This document shows, piece after piece, positions 45,535-57,388 of a stretch of 64,000 nt of DNA; the first letter of the stretch is position 1; the number at the start of each line of letters is the position of its first letter. The notes below the pieces were generated by a model. That model saw only the letters and a list, made by a program, of their open reading frames with translations. It was not told the DNA's origin and did no database searches. The stretch is from NCBI GenBank assembly GCA_963700665.1, contig CAVOYK010000009.1:52324-116323 (forward strand), written 5' to 3'. The translations under genes and the position numbers were made by a program. This DNA is from an uncultured Actinomycetes bacterium. Its GTDB lineage: Bacteria; Actinomycetota; Coriobacteriia; Anaerosomatales; PHET01.

Positions 45535-47550
45535 TCAGTAGCCGAGCTTCAGGGCAACCGCAGCGTTGGGACCGATCGGCACACCGAAGACCTTGCCGTT
45601 CACAGCCACGGGTGTGCCTCCTCGTACGTCTGCAACGGACTTGACGCGCCGATCGGTGGACAGGGCGACGTCGAGTTTGGCCGTGGAGTGGTTGAGCAGC
45701 ACGAGCACGTCGTCTTTCTCGCCTTGGAACAAGGCGACCTCCACGGCCGGCTCGCTGCAGGCCACAGGAGCACCGCACCCCGCGCCCCGGGCGACCGCGC
45801 CGTACACCTCGCGAATCATCCTGCGAACCGGTGCGGGCGTCGCCCACGGATCTCCCTGTGCGATCGCGCGCTCGATGGGTACGGCGACATAGACAGCTCG
45901 CCCTTGACCCACCTGATCGACGGTGAGCAAGCGGGTTGCCCTCGGCGTCGGTCGCGACCACGGTCGCGGAGTGGCTCGACAGCAGTGCGTAGTTCGGGAC
46001 GTCGAGCGACACGTCGAAGCTCCCCAGATCCCCGAGAACGTCAGGCTGCGCGACGCGGCACGACAGCGTTGGCCGAGGACCCCCGTCGCCGAGGAACTCC
46101 AGGCCGAACAGATCGCGGATCGCCGGGTGGGCATCGCCTCCGCCGTAGCTGAGTAGCACCGTTCCGCCACTCTGGACGAAGGAGGCCAGCCTCTCCCACG
46201 TGTCATCAGACAGCTCGAATACGCTCGGCACGATCAGAACGAGGTAGTCAGAGAAGTCATCGGACTCGCGGATGACCGTGACCGGCACCTGCGCGCGCTT
46301 CGCGGCGACGTAGGCCGCAAGACAGGCGCGGGGATCGTAGAGCCCCGCAAGGCTCGGCAACGGACGGTAGCGCTCGTCGGGCATCACGACTGCGGATCGC
46401 TCGGCGATGAGCGAATGCGTGCTCAAGTCGATTCTCGCCGTGACCTTGATGAACGACCCGATCTCCGAGAAGGACGGCTTCACGTTGCCGCCCGAGTCCG
46501 CGAGGCCCACGAGCGACTCGAACGGGTCCGAGAAGTACGGCTCGCGTCGCTCGGTGTCCATGTCGCGCATCCGCCGGCCCATCGCGCCCGCGGCGCGATT
46601 CATGAAACCGCCCCACAGCCCCATCCGCATGGCAGTCGCCTCTTCGGCGGCCGAGTGGTCCAAGCCAAGCGTCCCGACGTCGTCGAGGAGGACGGGGCGA
46701 CCCCTGTGCGCCACCCGCAGCAGGAACGAGTCGAGGTAGGTCGACGGGCCGCTGGTCAGCGGGCCCTCGGCGGCATACGCGCGATACGCCGCAGTCTGAT
46801 GTGAGACCACGAAGTCGGACGCGTCCACGGTCTCGCGCGCATCGACGCCGGTCAGCGCGAAGAGTGCCTCCGCATCCAATCCGACGCCTATCGGTCTGAC
46901 GTCATCGACTTCGCGGATCGCATCGCGCAGAGACCTCGCTCCACTGCGCCAAGTCCTCGGCCGAGCCGAACCTCGACAGAAACGCTTCGTTGCCCAGTTG
47001 CCACGCGAAGACGCCCTTCTCTCCCGCGAGATGCGACACGACCTTGGTCACCAAGGCGGTCTCGCGCTGGATGAGGTATGAGTCCGTCCGTCGGGTCGCG
47101 CTTCGTGCCCCACGAGACATCGGTGAGCTCTGAGTGACGGTCGTCGGCGAAGAAGACCACGATCGCCTGCATCTTGCGCTCGCTGATCTGAGCGACCATC
47201 TCGGCAAGCCGATCGAGCACTTCAACGGAGTACTGCGCGACCTGTGGCTCAAGAATGCGCCAGCTGACGAAGATTCGAACGAGCGAGCAACGGGCCGACG
47301 CCAAGGCGTCCAGATCGTCGGTGAGGTCGCGCGCGTACCAGTCCTCTGGGCTCTGCGTCTCCGAGTCGAGCGGGTAGAGCGACACGCCGACCGGGAAGAG
47401 GCGGTTGCGCGAGACCCGGGGCGCCTTGGCGGGCTTCGGCGCTGACTCGGCTGGGGCCGGCTCGGAGGGCTGCTGCTCGGCGACCGGCTCGGGGGTCGGC
47501 TCCGGACGGCTCGGTCTGGATGGCCTCGGTCCGCCTTTGCGGGTGGGCAT
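45535..47550 (-). pseudogene. Glycoside hydrolase, GH42-like (TIM barrel plus trimerisation-like domain); at least 3 frame changes
   Basis: ATG at 47550 follows GGGGAGG. Sequence VGVSLYPLDSE...VRIFVSWRILEP, WQLGNEAF (candidate acid/base Glu), DYLVLIVPSVFELSDDTWERLASFVQSGGTVLLSYG. Fragments are 46888..47967, 46902..47252, 45482..46879 and 45535..46206. Confidence 0.5.
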
Positions 47551-47552
47551 CG

Positions 47553-49385
47553 CTACTGCCTCCCCTCGGCGTATGCGTCGTAGAGCCGCCAGAACAGCCC
47601 TTGGCGTCGGGTGTCGTGGTACGCGGCTCGACGGATCTCGTGGACGCGCGGGTGCGTACTCACCTTGCGTGAGCAGCGCCGCCGCGAGCCCGAAGCGCGC
47701 CCGCACCAGCGTCGGATCGAGTTCGACCGCCGCGTGGTACTCATGTCGCGCCTGGCCGTAGCGCTGCAAGCCGAGCAACGACTCAGCGAGCAGCACGTGC
47801 GGCATCGGATGCTCGGGGACCGCCCTGGCGAGCGCGCCGAAGACCCTCGCAGCGTTGCGGTTGAGTCCCGGACGCTTGGCGAAGGCAGCGCCGAGCACGT
47901 AGACCGCGGTCGGCGTCTTGGTGGACACGGAGAGAGCCCTCAGGCCCACCGCCATCGCCTCGTTCACCGAGTCCTGCTTGAGATACAGGTAGCCCGCGAG
48001 CGCGAGCGCCTCGGCGTCAGTCGGGGTTCTCGTCCAAGATCAGGCGAATCAGGTCGACAGCGCTGAAGTAGTCCTCCTCGTAGGCGAGCGAGAAGGCTGC
48101 ATCGAGGCGGCTGTTGCGGTCGGCGCGACACGTCGGCGGGATGAGGCGCCGGTACGCCGTCGTCGTAGACGCCCGCGAGCGCGAAGAAGAAGTCGTCTTG
48201 GCTCGGGTCGAGTTCGCCGGCGCGCCGGAATCCCGGCAGAGCCGTGGCCATCCCCTCCCGCTTGAAGGGCCGCGACCGCGAGGTTGTACATCGCGCGAGC
48301 CTCGTGGGGGTCGATCTCGAGCGCGCGCTTCCACGCCTCGATCGCCTCCTCGTCGAAGGCCGCGGCAGCGAATGCCTCCCCCAGCTGAACGTGAGCGGTC
48401 ACGAGGTCGGGAACGACCTCGGCCAGCTCGTGCCACACCAGTATCGACTGGTCCCACATGCCGCCGCGGCGGTCGTAGGCAAGACCGAGCGACAGGTAGG
48501 CAGGAGCGCACTCCGGATCGAGTTCGATCGCCCTGCTCGCTGCCGATATCGCCTGCTCGAAGAAGTCGCCCTCCAAGAACAGGTCGGAGAGCAACGCGTG
48601 CACGAGGGGGTCGGACTCCTCGTCGCCGAGCGCCTCGTAGCACGCCGACGACCGCCGGCGCGACCTGGCCCTGACGTGCAAGGTCCTCGGCAAGGATGAC
48701 GGCGGCGCTGCGGGCGATCACCGCGCCGCCTCCCGTGTGCTTGGCGGGGAGCCCGACGCGCGCCACCAGCTTGAGTGCGCTCTCGGCACCTCGGATGACT
48801 CCGTTGGCACCCACGCTCTTGGCCAGACCGACATCGGCCGAGAACGGCGCTCCGGCGACGAACAAGGCGAGGTCCTCTCGGCCGCTCGCGCGAAACATCT
48901 CCCGTACCCGCGACGACATCGCGCGCCGTGCCGATCGTCTGCGCGAACACGATGACGATCCGAGCACCCGTCTCCTCGGCGCGCTCGAGAAACTCGGACG
49001 GCCGCACGTCGACTCCCAGGTCGATCACCCGATGCCCGGCCTCTTTGAGCGCTCCGGCCGTGATGTCCTTGTCGATGGCGTGGAGGTCGTGGTGCATCGT
49101 GCCGACAAGAACCGTGACGCCCGAGTCTTGAGCGGTCGACGGTGCGATCACGAAGCTCGTGACCTGCTCGGCCACGACCGCCGCCTGCGTGAAGGTGTAC
49201 TCGTCTATCTCGCCGCTCGCCCACGCGCCACCGAGGATCGACATGGCAGGCGCGAAGAGCTGGTCGAACAGTCGCCGCTGCGCTACCCCGGCGGCACGCT
49301 GGCGACTCGATGACGGAGATGGCACCGTGCGGGGTCCTGACTGACGAAGGCCTGGTACAGACGCGCACGCAGCGTCATCTGCCAT
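47553..49385 (-). pseudogene. Cobalamin (B12)-binding domain protein fused to a long TPR-repeat region; at least 5 frame changes
   Basis: B12-binding_2-like LFDQLFAPAMSILGGAWASGEIDEYTFTQAAVVAEQV. Rossmann-like TVLVGTMHHDLHAIDKDITAGALKEAGHRVIDLGVDVRPSEFLERAEETGARIVIV...LFVAGAPFS. TPR units then follow, from ORFs 48049..48693, 47964..48251, 48017..48967, 46888..47967 (its N-terminal part) and 47553..47744. The start is ATG 49385 or 49378. Confidence 0.55.
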
Positions 49386-49520
49386 TTCGACCAGACCTCC
49401 CTTCGCTCGCTGTCCCCATCAGCCGCCCAGATTCCCCGTTCAGCGGAGCTGCGTGTCTCAGTATCGCACTCACGCCTCGCGCGCCTCCACGACTCCGGAC
49501 AAATGCACGCGATCCCACGC

Positions 49521-49608
49521 TGGTGGCGGCGGTGGGATTCGAACCCACAAGCCCCTGGGGGCCAGCGGATTTTAAGTCCGCCTCCTGTGCCCGTTCGGAT
49601 ACGCCGCC
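49521..49608 (-). tRNA. tRNA-Leu (anticodon UAA), class II with long variable arm, CCA encoded
   Basis: Folded by hand: acceptor GGCGGCG/CGCCGCC, anticodon stem GCGGA/UCCGC with loop CUUAAAA, T-arm GUGGG-UUCGAAU-CCCAC, 16-nt variable arm. Confidence 0.9.
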
Positions 49609-49663
49609 CGTGACGCGTGGTGACCTCCGTCGCCGCGCATGCCGGCGACTTCGTCGTCTGACT

Positions 49664-50620
49664 TCATTCCTGCAGGTCGCGGTAGGTGTCCAGTAGTATC
49701 CCATACAGAATGTCGTGCTCGCTGACGGTCATCCGGTCCAGACCCGAGAGCGCGAGCACGGTCTCGAAGATGAGCGCACCCGCAACGATCACGCCTGCCC
49801 TCTCGGGATGCAGGCCAACCACGTTCCGGCGCCGTGCGAGCGGCAGAGCTGCGAGCATCTCCACGCAGTTCCGCAAGGTCGGAGCCGCTCAACTCGTAGC
49901 CGTGGACCTTCTCGGCATCGTAGTCGGCCAGCTCGAGCTGGATCGCCGCCAGCGAGGTCGCCGTGCCCGCGAGCCCGATCATCCGACGCGGTCGCTCGAT
50001 CGAGCCGGTCGAAGAACGTGCGCAGCTCGCCGGTGGCCCATTCTCGCGCCGCGTCGAGTTCGGCTCGCGTCGGCGGGTCAGTGTGCAGGAACATCTCGGT
50101 CATGCGTCGGCTGCCCACGTCGACCGATCGCGCCGAGTCCACGGTGCGCACGCGTGTGTGGCCGTCGCGAACCGCACTTCCGACGATCAGCTCGGTCGAG
50201 CCGCCGCCGCAGTCCACCACCAGCAGTCCCTCGCCATCGCACCGGGCGGTCGCGCCGATGAACGCGAGTTCGGCCTCGCGTGCACCGTCGATCACGGTGG
50301 TGGCAACGTCGCGCTCTGCGAGCATCGCCACGAACTCCCGGCCATTGTCGGCGTCTCGACTCGCGCTTGTCGCAAGCGCCGTGATAGCGATCGACGTCGA
50401 GAGCGCGCATCACTTCAGCGTACGATTCGATCACCAGCGCGACTCGCCGCATCGCATCGGTACCGAGACGACCGGTGGCGGCAAGTCCCTCGCCAAGGTG
50501 CGTGATGTCGGTCGACCTCGCGACCTCCTCCTCGACGCCATCGGGCCCCACGTCGGCGACGAGCAGCCTCGTCGTCACCGTTCCGATGTCGATGGCCGCG
50601 ATGCGCCGAACGTCACTCAT
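49664..50620 (-). pseudogene. Ppx/GppA-family phosphatase; at least 3 frame changes
   Basis: ATG at 50620 follows GGGGGAGGA. Sequence MSDVRRIAAIDIGTVTTRLLVADV, then VVDCGGGSTELIVG, and a C-terminus from ORFs 49572..49982 and 49664..49876. Confidence 0.75.
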
Positions 50621-51183
50621 CCATCCTCCCCCTCGCTCGCCCGGGCTGCGAGCGCCGCGCACCTCTCATCGGGACACGTGCAACCTATCTTCCCGAGCAC
50701 GCTCTCGCCGATCGGGTCGGCGACTCCAGCGAGCGCGAGTGCCGCGTGCGCGTGCAGGCACTTCACGCCCAGGGGGTCGCGCTGTCCGGCGATGCCCACC
50801 TCAGCGCACGCGTCGGTGCCGCCGCTTTCGACCGCACGTCTCGACCGCACCTCCGCCTCTGTCGCTCGCAGCGCGGCAGCCAGAGACGGGTCCTGCGCGG
50901 CCCGGCGAGACCACGCAGACGTCTCGCCCGCGGACTCCAGTTCGCCGAGGCGATCGGTCAGCCAGGGACACGTGAGCCAGGCCAGGGTCGGGAATCGAGA
51001 GCCATCGTCTAGGACGGCCGGCGATACGATCGCGCTCGGGTAGCCGAAGGGACAGCGCGCCGCCACGCGCCACGGATCACGCGGCACGCGACCCAGCTGG
51101 GCTGCGACAAGCGATAGCTCGCAGAACCGACCTGCCGAGCGGTTCACTGCACGCCAAACACGATATCGAGAAAGGCGGTCCAC
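50617..51183 (-). CDS. DUF501 domain protein
   Basis: Sequence CPFGYPSAIVSP...FPTLAWLTCPWL...GVKCLHAHAALALAG. Its position between ftsB and ppx matches the actinobacterial gene order. The exact start is uncertain. Confidence 0.65.
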   Translation of the reverse strand: MDRLSRYRVWRAVNRSAGRFCELSLVAAQLGRVPRDPWRVAARCPFGYPSAIVSPAVLDDGSRFPTLAWLTCPWLTDRLGELESAGETSAWSRRAAQDPSLAAALRATEAEVRSRRAVESGGTDACAEVGIAGQRDPLGVKCLHAHAALALAGVADPIGESVLGKIGCTCPDERCAALAARASEGEDG

Positions 51184-51755
51184 GGTCCGACCGGCCCCTC
51201 TACCGCCTCGTCGCCGTCGATCTGGGGGACCGCAAGAGCGGCCGACGCTTTGGCGGCCTCGTTGCCATCGACGACCATGGCCACGCTCTCACCACGCTTG
51301 ACCAGGCCGAGCTGGCTACGAGCGTAGTCCTCGACCCCTTCGGGAGTCCTGAGCCGAGCAACCTCGGCACGCAGTCTCGAGTTGCGGGCCTGCAACGCGG
51401 ACAGCTCGGCCTCGAGTCGCGCCTTCTCCCGTGTCTCGCGGTACTGGACGCGAGCAACGGGGTAGTAGGACCACGCGAACGCAGCGAGCAGGACCACCAC
51501 AGCAACCGGCAGCGCCCACCATCTGCGTGCCTCAGCCTGCGATACTCCGCGCGCTTTGGGGTCCGCGCCACGCGTACCGGTCTGCTTGGGACGTTTTGCG
51601 GCCGAAGAGCGTGACGCCGATGACTGCCTCTTGGCGCCACCACGGCTGGCCGATGAGTCTCTCGAACGCGACGAGGACGACGAGCGCGAACTACCCTTGG
51701 CGGGCGTGCGCTTCGTCGCCGTCGTAGCCCCGGTGCGCGTGTTCCTCGGTGCCAT
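51144..51755 (-). CDS. ftsB: Septum formation initiator FtsB/DivIC-family protein
   Basis: ATG at 51755. Basic Ser-rich N-terminus, TM helix WWALPVAVVVLLAAFAW, coiled coil REKARLEAELSALQARNSRLRAEVARL, then EDYARSQLGLVKRGE. Confidence 0.7.
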   Translation of the reverse strand: MAPRNTRTGATTATKRTPAKGSSRSSSSSRSRDSSASRGGAKRQSSASRSSAAKRPKQTGTRGADPKARGVSQAEARRWWALPVAVVVLLAAFAWSYYPVARVQYRETREKARLEAELSALQARNSRLRAEVARLRTPEGVEDYARSQLGLVKRGESVAMVVDGNEAAKASAALAVPQIDGDEAVEGPVGPWTAFLDIVFGVQ

Positions 51756-51935
51756 GAGCCCCTGAGAAGTCGTGTGAGAAGGCCAGCGATGACGATCCGA
51801 CCACGGCGGCCGGAACTGACAGAATCGTAGCACGTGCAGGAACCGATGTCGCCTAGACGTCTACTTGAGGCTTAACCATACGAACACCTGTTCGTGAGCT
51901 GTCCTCCGAGGGTGCCTGGTGACCAGAGGTTCCTA

Positions 51936-53331
51936 CTAGACGGTCCGAACGTGGATGAAGTCGGTGCCCCCGCGAGTGCGTGTGGACAGACCGGCGGTGA
52001 TCGCCACCAGCTCGCCGCGCTCGACGAAGCCTGCCGCGGCGAGTGCCGAGGCCCCCTGGTCCAGGAGCACGGACGTCTCGTCCGAGAAGGGAAAGACCAC
52101 CGCTTGCACCCCCCACGCCAGGGCGAGCCTTCGCACCGTCTCCACGAACGGGGTCGCCGCCACTATCTGCACGTCGGGGCGATAGCGAGCGACCGACATC
52201 GCCGTCGCGCCGGACTGAGTCAACGGCACGATCGCAGCGAGTTCGAGGTCGGCAGCCAGATCGCTGACCGCGGCGCTCACCGCCGCTTGGACGTCGCTGC
52301 CGTGCGCACTGCGAATCGGCCGAGGCGGAGGCGACGCCTCCTCGGCTGCGACGATGATTCTCGCCATCGTCTCGACGGATTCGGTGGGGTAGCGGCCCAC
52401 CGCGGTCTCGCCGGACAGCATCACGGCGTCGGCTCGGCCGAAGATCGCCGTGGCCACGTCGCTGGCCTCGGCTCGGGTCGGGCGAGGGTGTTCCCGCATC
52501 GAATCCAGCATCTCGGTCGCGATCACGACCGGCTTGCCGGCAGCCCGTGCGCTCGCGACGATCTCGCGCTGCAGCACGGGCACTCGCTCGGGCGAGGTCT
52601 CGACGGCCAGATCGCCTCGCGCAACCATCACCGCGTCGGCCGCCGCGACTATGCGCTCGATGTCCCCAGCAGCCTCGTGCTTCTCGATCTTCGCGAGAAT
52701 CGGGATCTCGCGTGTGGTCATGTACTCGCGCATCTGGTCGACATCGTCAGCGGATCTGACGAACGACTGGCCGATCCAGTCGATCTCGTTGACCATCGCC
52801 CATGCCAAGACCGTCTTGTCGTAGCCGGTGATCACATCAACCGACAGGGTCACTCCCGGTACGTTGACACCCTTGTGGCTGCTCAACGGACCGCCGTTGA
52901 CGATCTCGGTTCTCACCTCGCCCATCGCCGTTCCCAGCACGCACAGTTCTATCAACCCGTCGTCGAGCAAGATCCTGTCGCCGGATCGCACATCGTTGGC
53001 CAGCTCGCGGTGAGAGATGCACGCGTGGGCCGAGTCTCCAACGCACTCCTCGGCAAGCAGACGAAACGGGGTGCCGGCCTGCAAGCACCGTGCCGGGCTC
53101 GACGTCGCCTACGCGGATCTTGGGTCCGGGGAGATCGAGCAGCACGCCGATCTCGCGCCCCACGCGCCGCGCGGCCTCACGCGCCGACCGAAGACGCGTC
53201 GCGAGCTCGCCGGGACCGGCATGCGCTGCGTTGAGGCGTACGACGTCGGCGCCGGCCGAGATGATGGCGTCCAGGACTTCGGTGCCGTCCGTGGCGGGCC
53301 CTAGAGTCGCAACGATCTTGGTGCGGCGCAT
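51936..53331 (-). pseudogene. pyk: Pyruvate kinase; 1 frame change near 53085
   Basis: MRRTKIVATLGPAT...LDLPGPKIRVG (ORF 52837..53331) joins LQAGTPFRL...KGVNVPG...MVARGDLAVE (ORF 51936..53084). Confidence 0.85.
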
Positions 53332-53392
53332 GAACGCTCCTCGCTAGGGGCTGGTGGCCGACGAGCAGTACCTACCCTCTAGCGCGCCGGCA

Positions 53393-54283
53393 CTACTCGA
53401 CCGCGCGGGGAAGTCTGACCAACTGGATGCCTTCATCGGCTCTTCTGACGGTCACTTCGTCCCGAGCCAGCCTATGCGCGGCAGTACGCAGGTTGCCGTA
53501 GAGTCGCTCGGCTCCCTTCGCGTCGGTCTTTACCAGAATCGCTCGATCGCCGCCGGTCAGGAAGTAGCGGACCAGGCGGGTCGCCGAACCCCTGGGCGCA
53601 GGGTACGGCACCTCAACCACGCGGGCACCGAGCTCCCACACGTCGTCGGGCAGACACTCCTTGCACCACGACGAGACCCCCGCTTCGAGGAGTATCGCCC
53701 GCTTCTGATCCTGCTCCCCGCACACGCCGTTGGTGACGATTCTGAGCCTGACATCGAATCCTTGCATCGCTGCAGAACGGGCAAGATACGCCCAGTCCAT
53801 CGATCCGTCGTCGTCGAGCAGCATGATGATCCGGTCGGCCACATGCTCCGCAAGGACTGTGAGTAGCGTCAGAAGCCCGACGCCTCTTCGGGGCGTGAAC
53901 GTCACCACCGCGGCGTCGAAGAAGGCTGCCTCGGTGAGGTCCTCTACCATGCCGAGCATAGTCCCAAGTCGAGGATCGTTTCTGACGTCCGAGGAGAGCA
54001 GACGTCGCAGCATCCCCTCGGAAGGTTCGAGCGCGGTCAGCGACTTGGAGACCTGCAGCAAAGGCCGCGTCAGCAACCCAGCCGCGGCGCCTACCTCAAG
54101 GATGTGGCTGTCTCGCGGAACGGCTTCGAGCAACGCCTCGACGAGTTCAGGGAAGACCCGCTCTTGACCGAACGTGTAGTCGTAGCGATCGGCCAGGCGC
54201 TCTCGGCGGGCCAGAACCGACTCTATGGGCACACCGAACTGGTTGTTCGATGCCTCGTTGGGTCTCCTGGTCCTGTCCTTCAC
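53393..54283 (-). CDS. Class I SAM-dependent methyltransferase
   Basis: 296 aa, intact. Motif I ILEVGAAAGLLTRPL. Confidence 0.6.
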   Translation of the reverse strand: MKDRTRRPNEASNNQFGVPIESVLARRERLADRYDYTFGQERVFPELVEALLEAVPRDSHILEVGAAAGLLTRPLLQVSKSLTALEPSEGMLRRLLSSDVRNDPRLGTMLGMVEDLTEAAFFDAAVVTFTPRRGVGLLTLLTVLAEHVADRIIMLLDDDGSMDWAYLARSAAMQGFDVRLRIVTNGVCGEQDQKRAILLEAGVSSWCKECLPDDVWELGARVVEVPYPAPRGSATRLVRYFLTGGDRAILVKTDAKGAERLYGNLRTAAHRLARDEVTVRRADEGIQLVRLPRAVE

Positions 54284-54314
54284 TCAGCCGCCTCCACCGC
54301 AGAGCCGATCGGGG

Positions 54315-56390
<2,076 letters not shown>

Positions 56391-56406
56391 GACCGCCGCG
56401 CGCCGG

Positions 56407-57384
56407 TTACGGGGTCGCTGTGGTCGTGTTCGACGCGGCCGGAAGCTTGAGCTCCTCGACGAGAATCTCGATCTTGGCGTTCTTGCGCAGATCGTCCAGG
56501 TACTTCTGATAGGCGTCGGCCCGGGTCTGCTGGACGAGGATCTGCTGGATCTGATCCTTGACGTCGGCCAGCTTCTGCTGCGAGCCCTTGCGCTCGTCGG
56601 TCACCCTGATGATGTGCCATCCGTAGGGTGTCTGCACCAGAGCGGAGGTCTCGCCCTTGTCGAGCTTGGCGAGCGCGGTCTCGAACTCGGGAACGTAGGG
56701 CGTTGTCGGCCAGCCCAGATCGCCGCCCTTGCTCGCCGTGGCGGTGTCGACCGAGTTCGCCTTTGCCAGCGCCGCGAAGTCCCCGCCATCCTCGACCTGC
56801 TTCAAGACGGACTCTGCCTTCTTCTTGTCCTCCGGCTTGAACAGGATGTGTGAGGCGCGCTTGGCTTCCTTCTGGAAGAACTGGGTCTTGTTCGCGTCGT
56901 AGTACGCCTTGATCTCGGCGTCAGAGGCCGTGCTGTCCTTGGCAAGCGACTCCACGATCTTCTGGGTGAGCAGCTGCTCTCTGACCTGCGCCTTGAGGGA
57001 CTCCTCGGTCATGCCGGCGCTCTGTAGCGCCGAAGTGAACTGAGCGTCGTCCTTGAAGCCGGCCTTGAGCTGATCGATCTGGGTCTGCACGGCAGCGTCG
57101 TCGATCTCGATGCCCTTGTCCTTGGCCGCCTGTTCCAGCAGCTTCTGGTTGATCAGGTTGTCCAGGATGCGCTGCTTGAAGTCGAGCAGTCGACCCTCAG
57201 CGTCGGCTCCCTCGAACATCTGCGGGTACTGCTTCTTCAGCTGATCGACCTGCACCTGCAGCTCTTCGACGGTGATGACCTCGTCGTTGACCTTCGCAGC
57301 GATGTTCTTCTGGCTGCAGCCGACGACACTGACTGCGAGGAGGGCCGCAAGGGCGGCGGCCAGGGCGAGACGAAGCGGCTTCAT
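56407..57384 (-). CDS. Lipoprotein parvulin-type peptidyl-prolyl isomerase (SurA/PrsA-like)
   Basis: ATG at 57384, MKPLRLALAAALAALLAVSVVGCS. PpiC domain ASHILFK...GGDLGW...GWHIIRV. Confidence 0.8.
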   Translation of the reverse strand: MKPLRLALAAALAALLAVSVVGCSQKNIAAKVNDEVITVEELQVQVDQLKKQYPQMFEGADAEGRLLDFKQRILDNLINQKLLEQAAKDKGIEIDDAAVQTQIDQLKAGFKDDAQFTSALQSAGMTEESLKAQVREQLLTQKIVESLAKDSTASDAEIKAYYDANKTQFFQKEAKRASHILFKPEDKKKAESVLKQVEDGGDFAALAKANSVDTATASKGGDLGWPTTPYVPEFETALAKLDKGETSALVQTPYGWHIIRVTDERKGSQQKLADVKDQIQQILVQQTRADAYQKYLDDLRKNAKIEILVEELKLPAASNTTTATP

Positions 57385-57388
57385 CGGG

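Noticed and set aside
45160-46879. ORFs 45160..45525 and 45482..46879 overlapping the selD 5' end. These suggested an overlapping gene or a fusion of the hydrolase with selD.
   Set aside because: The distal parts of these ORFs are out-of-frame read-through, basic and motif-free. The hydrolase ends at 45535 in another frame (…AVALKLGY).
49386-49520. A possible cobalamin riboswitch upstream of the B12-binding-domain gene (contains AACGGGGAATCTGGGCGG).
   Set aside because: The region is only about 135 nt, lacks the B12 box (GCCACTG-type) and lacks the expected multi-stem architecture.
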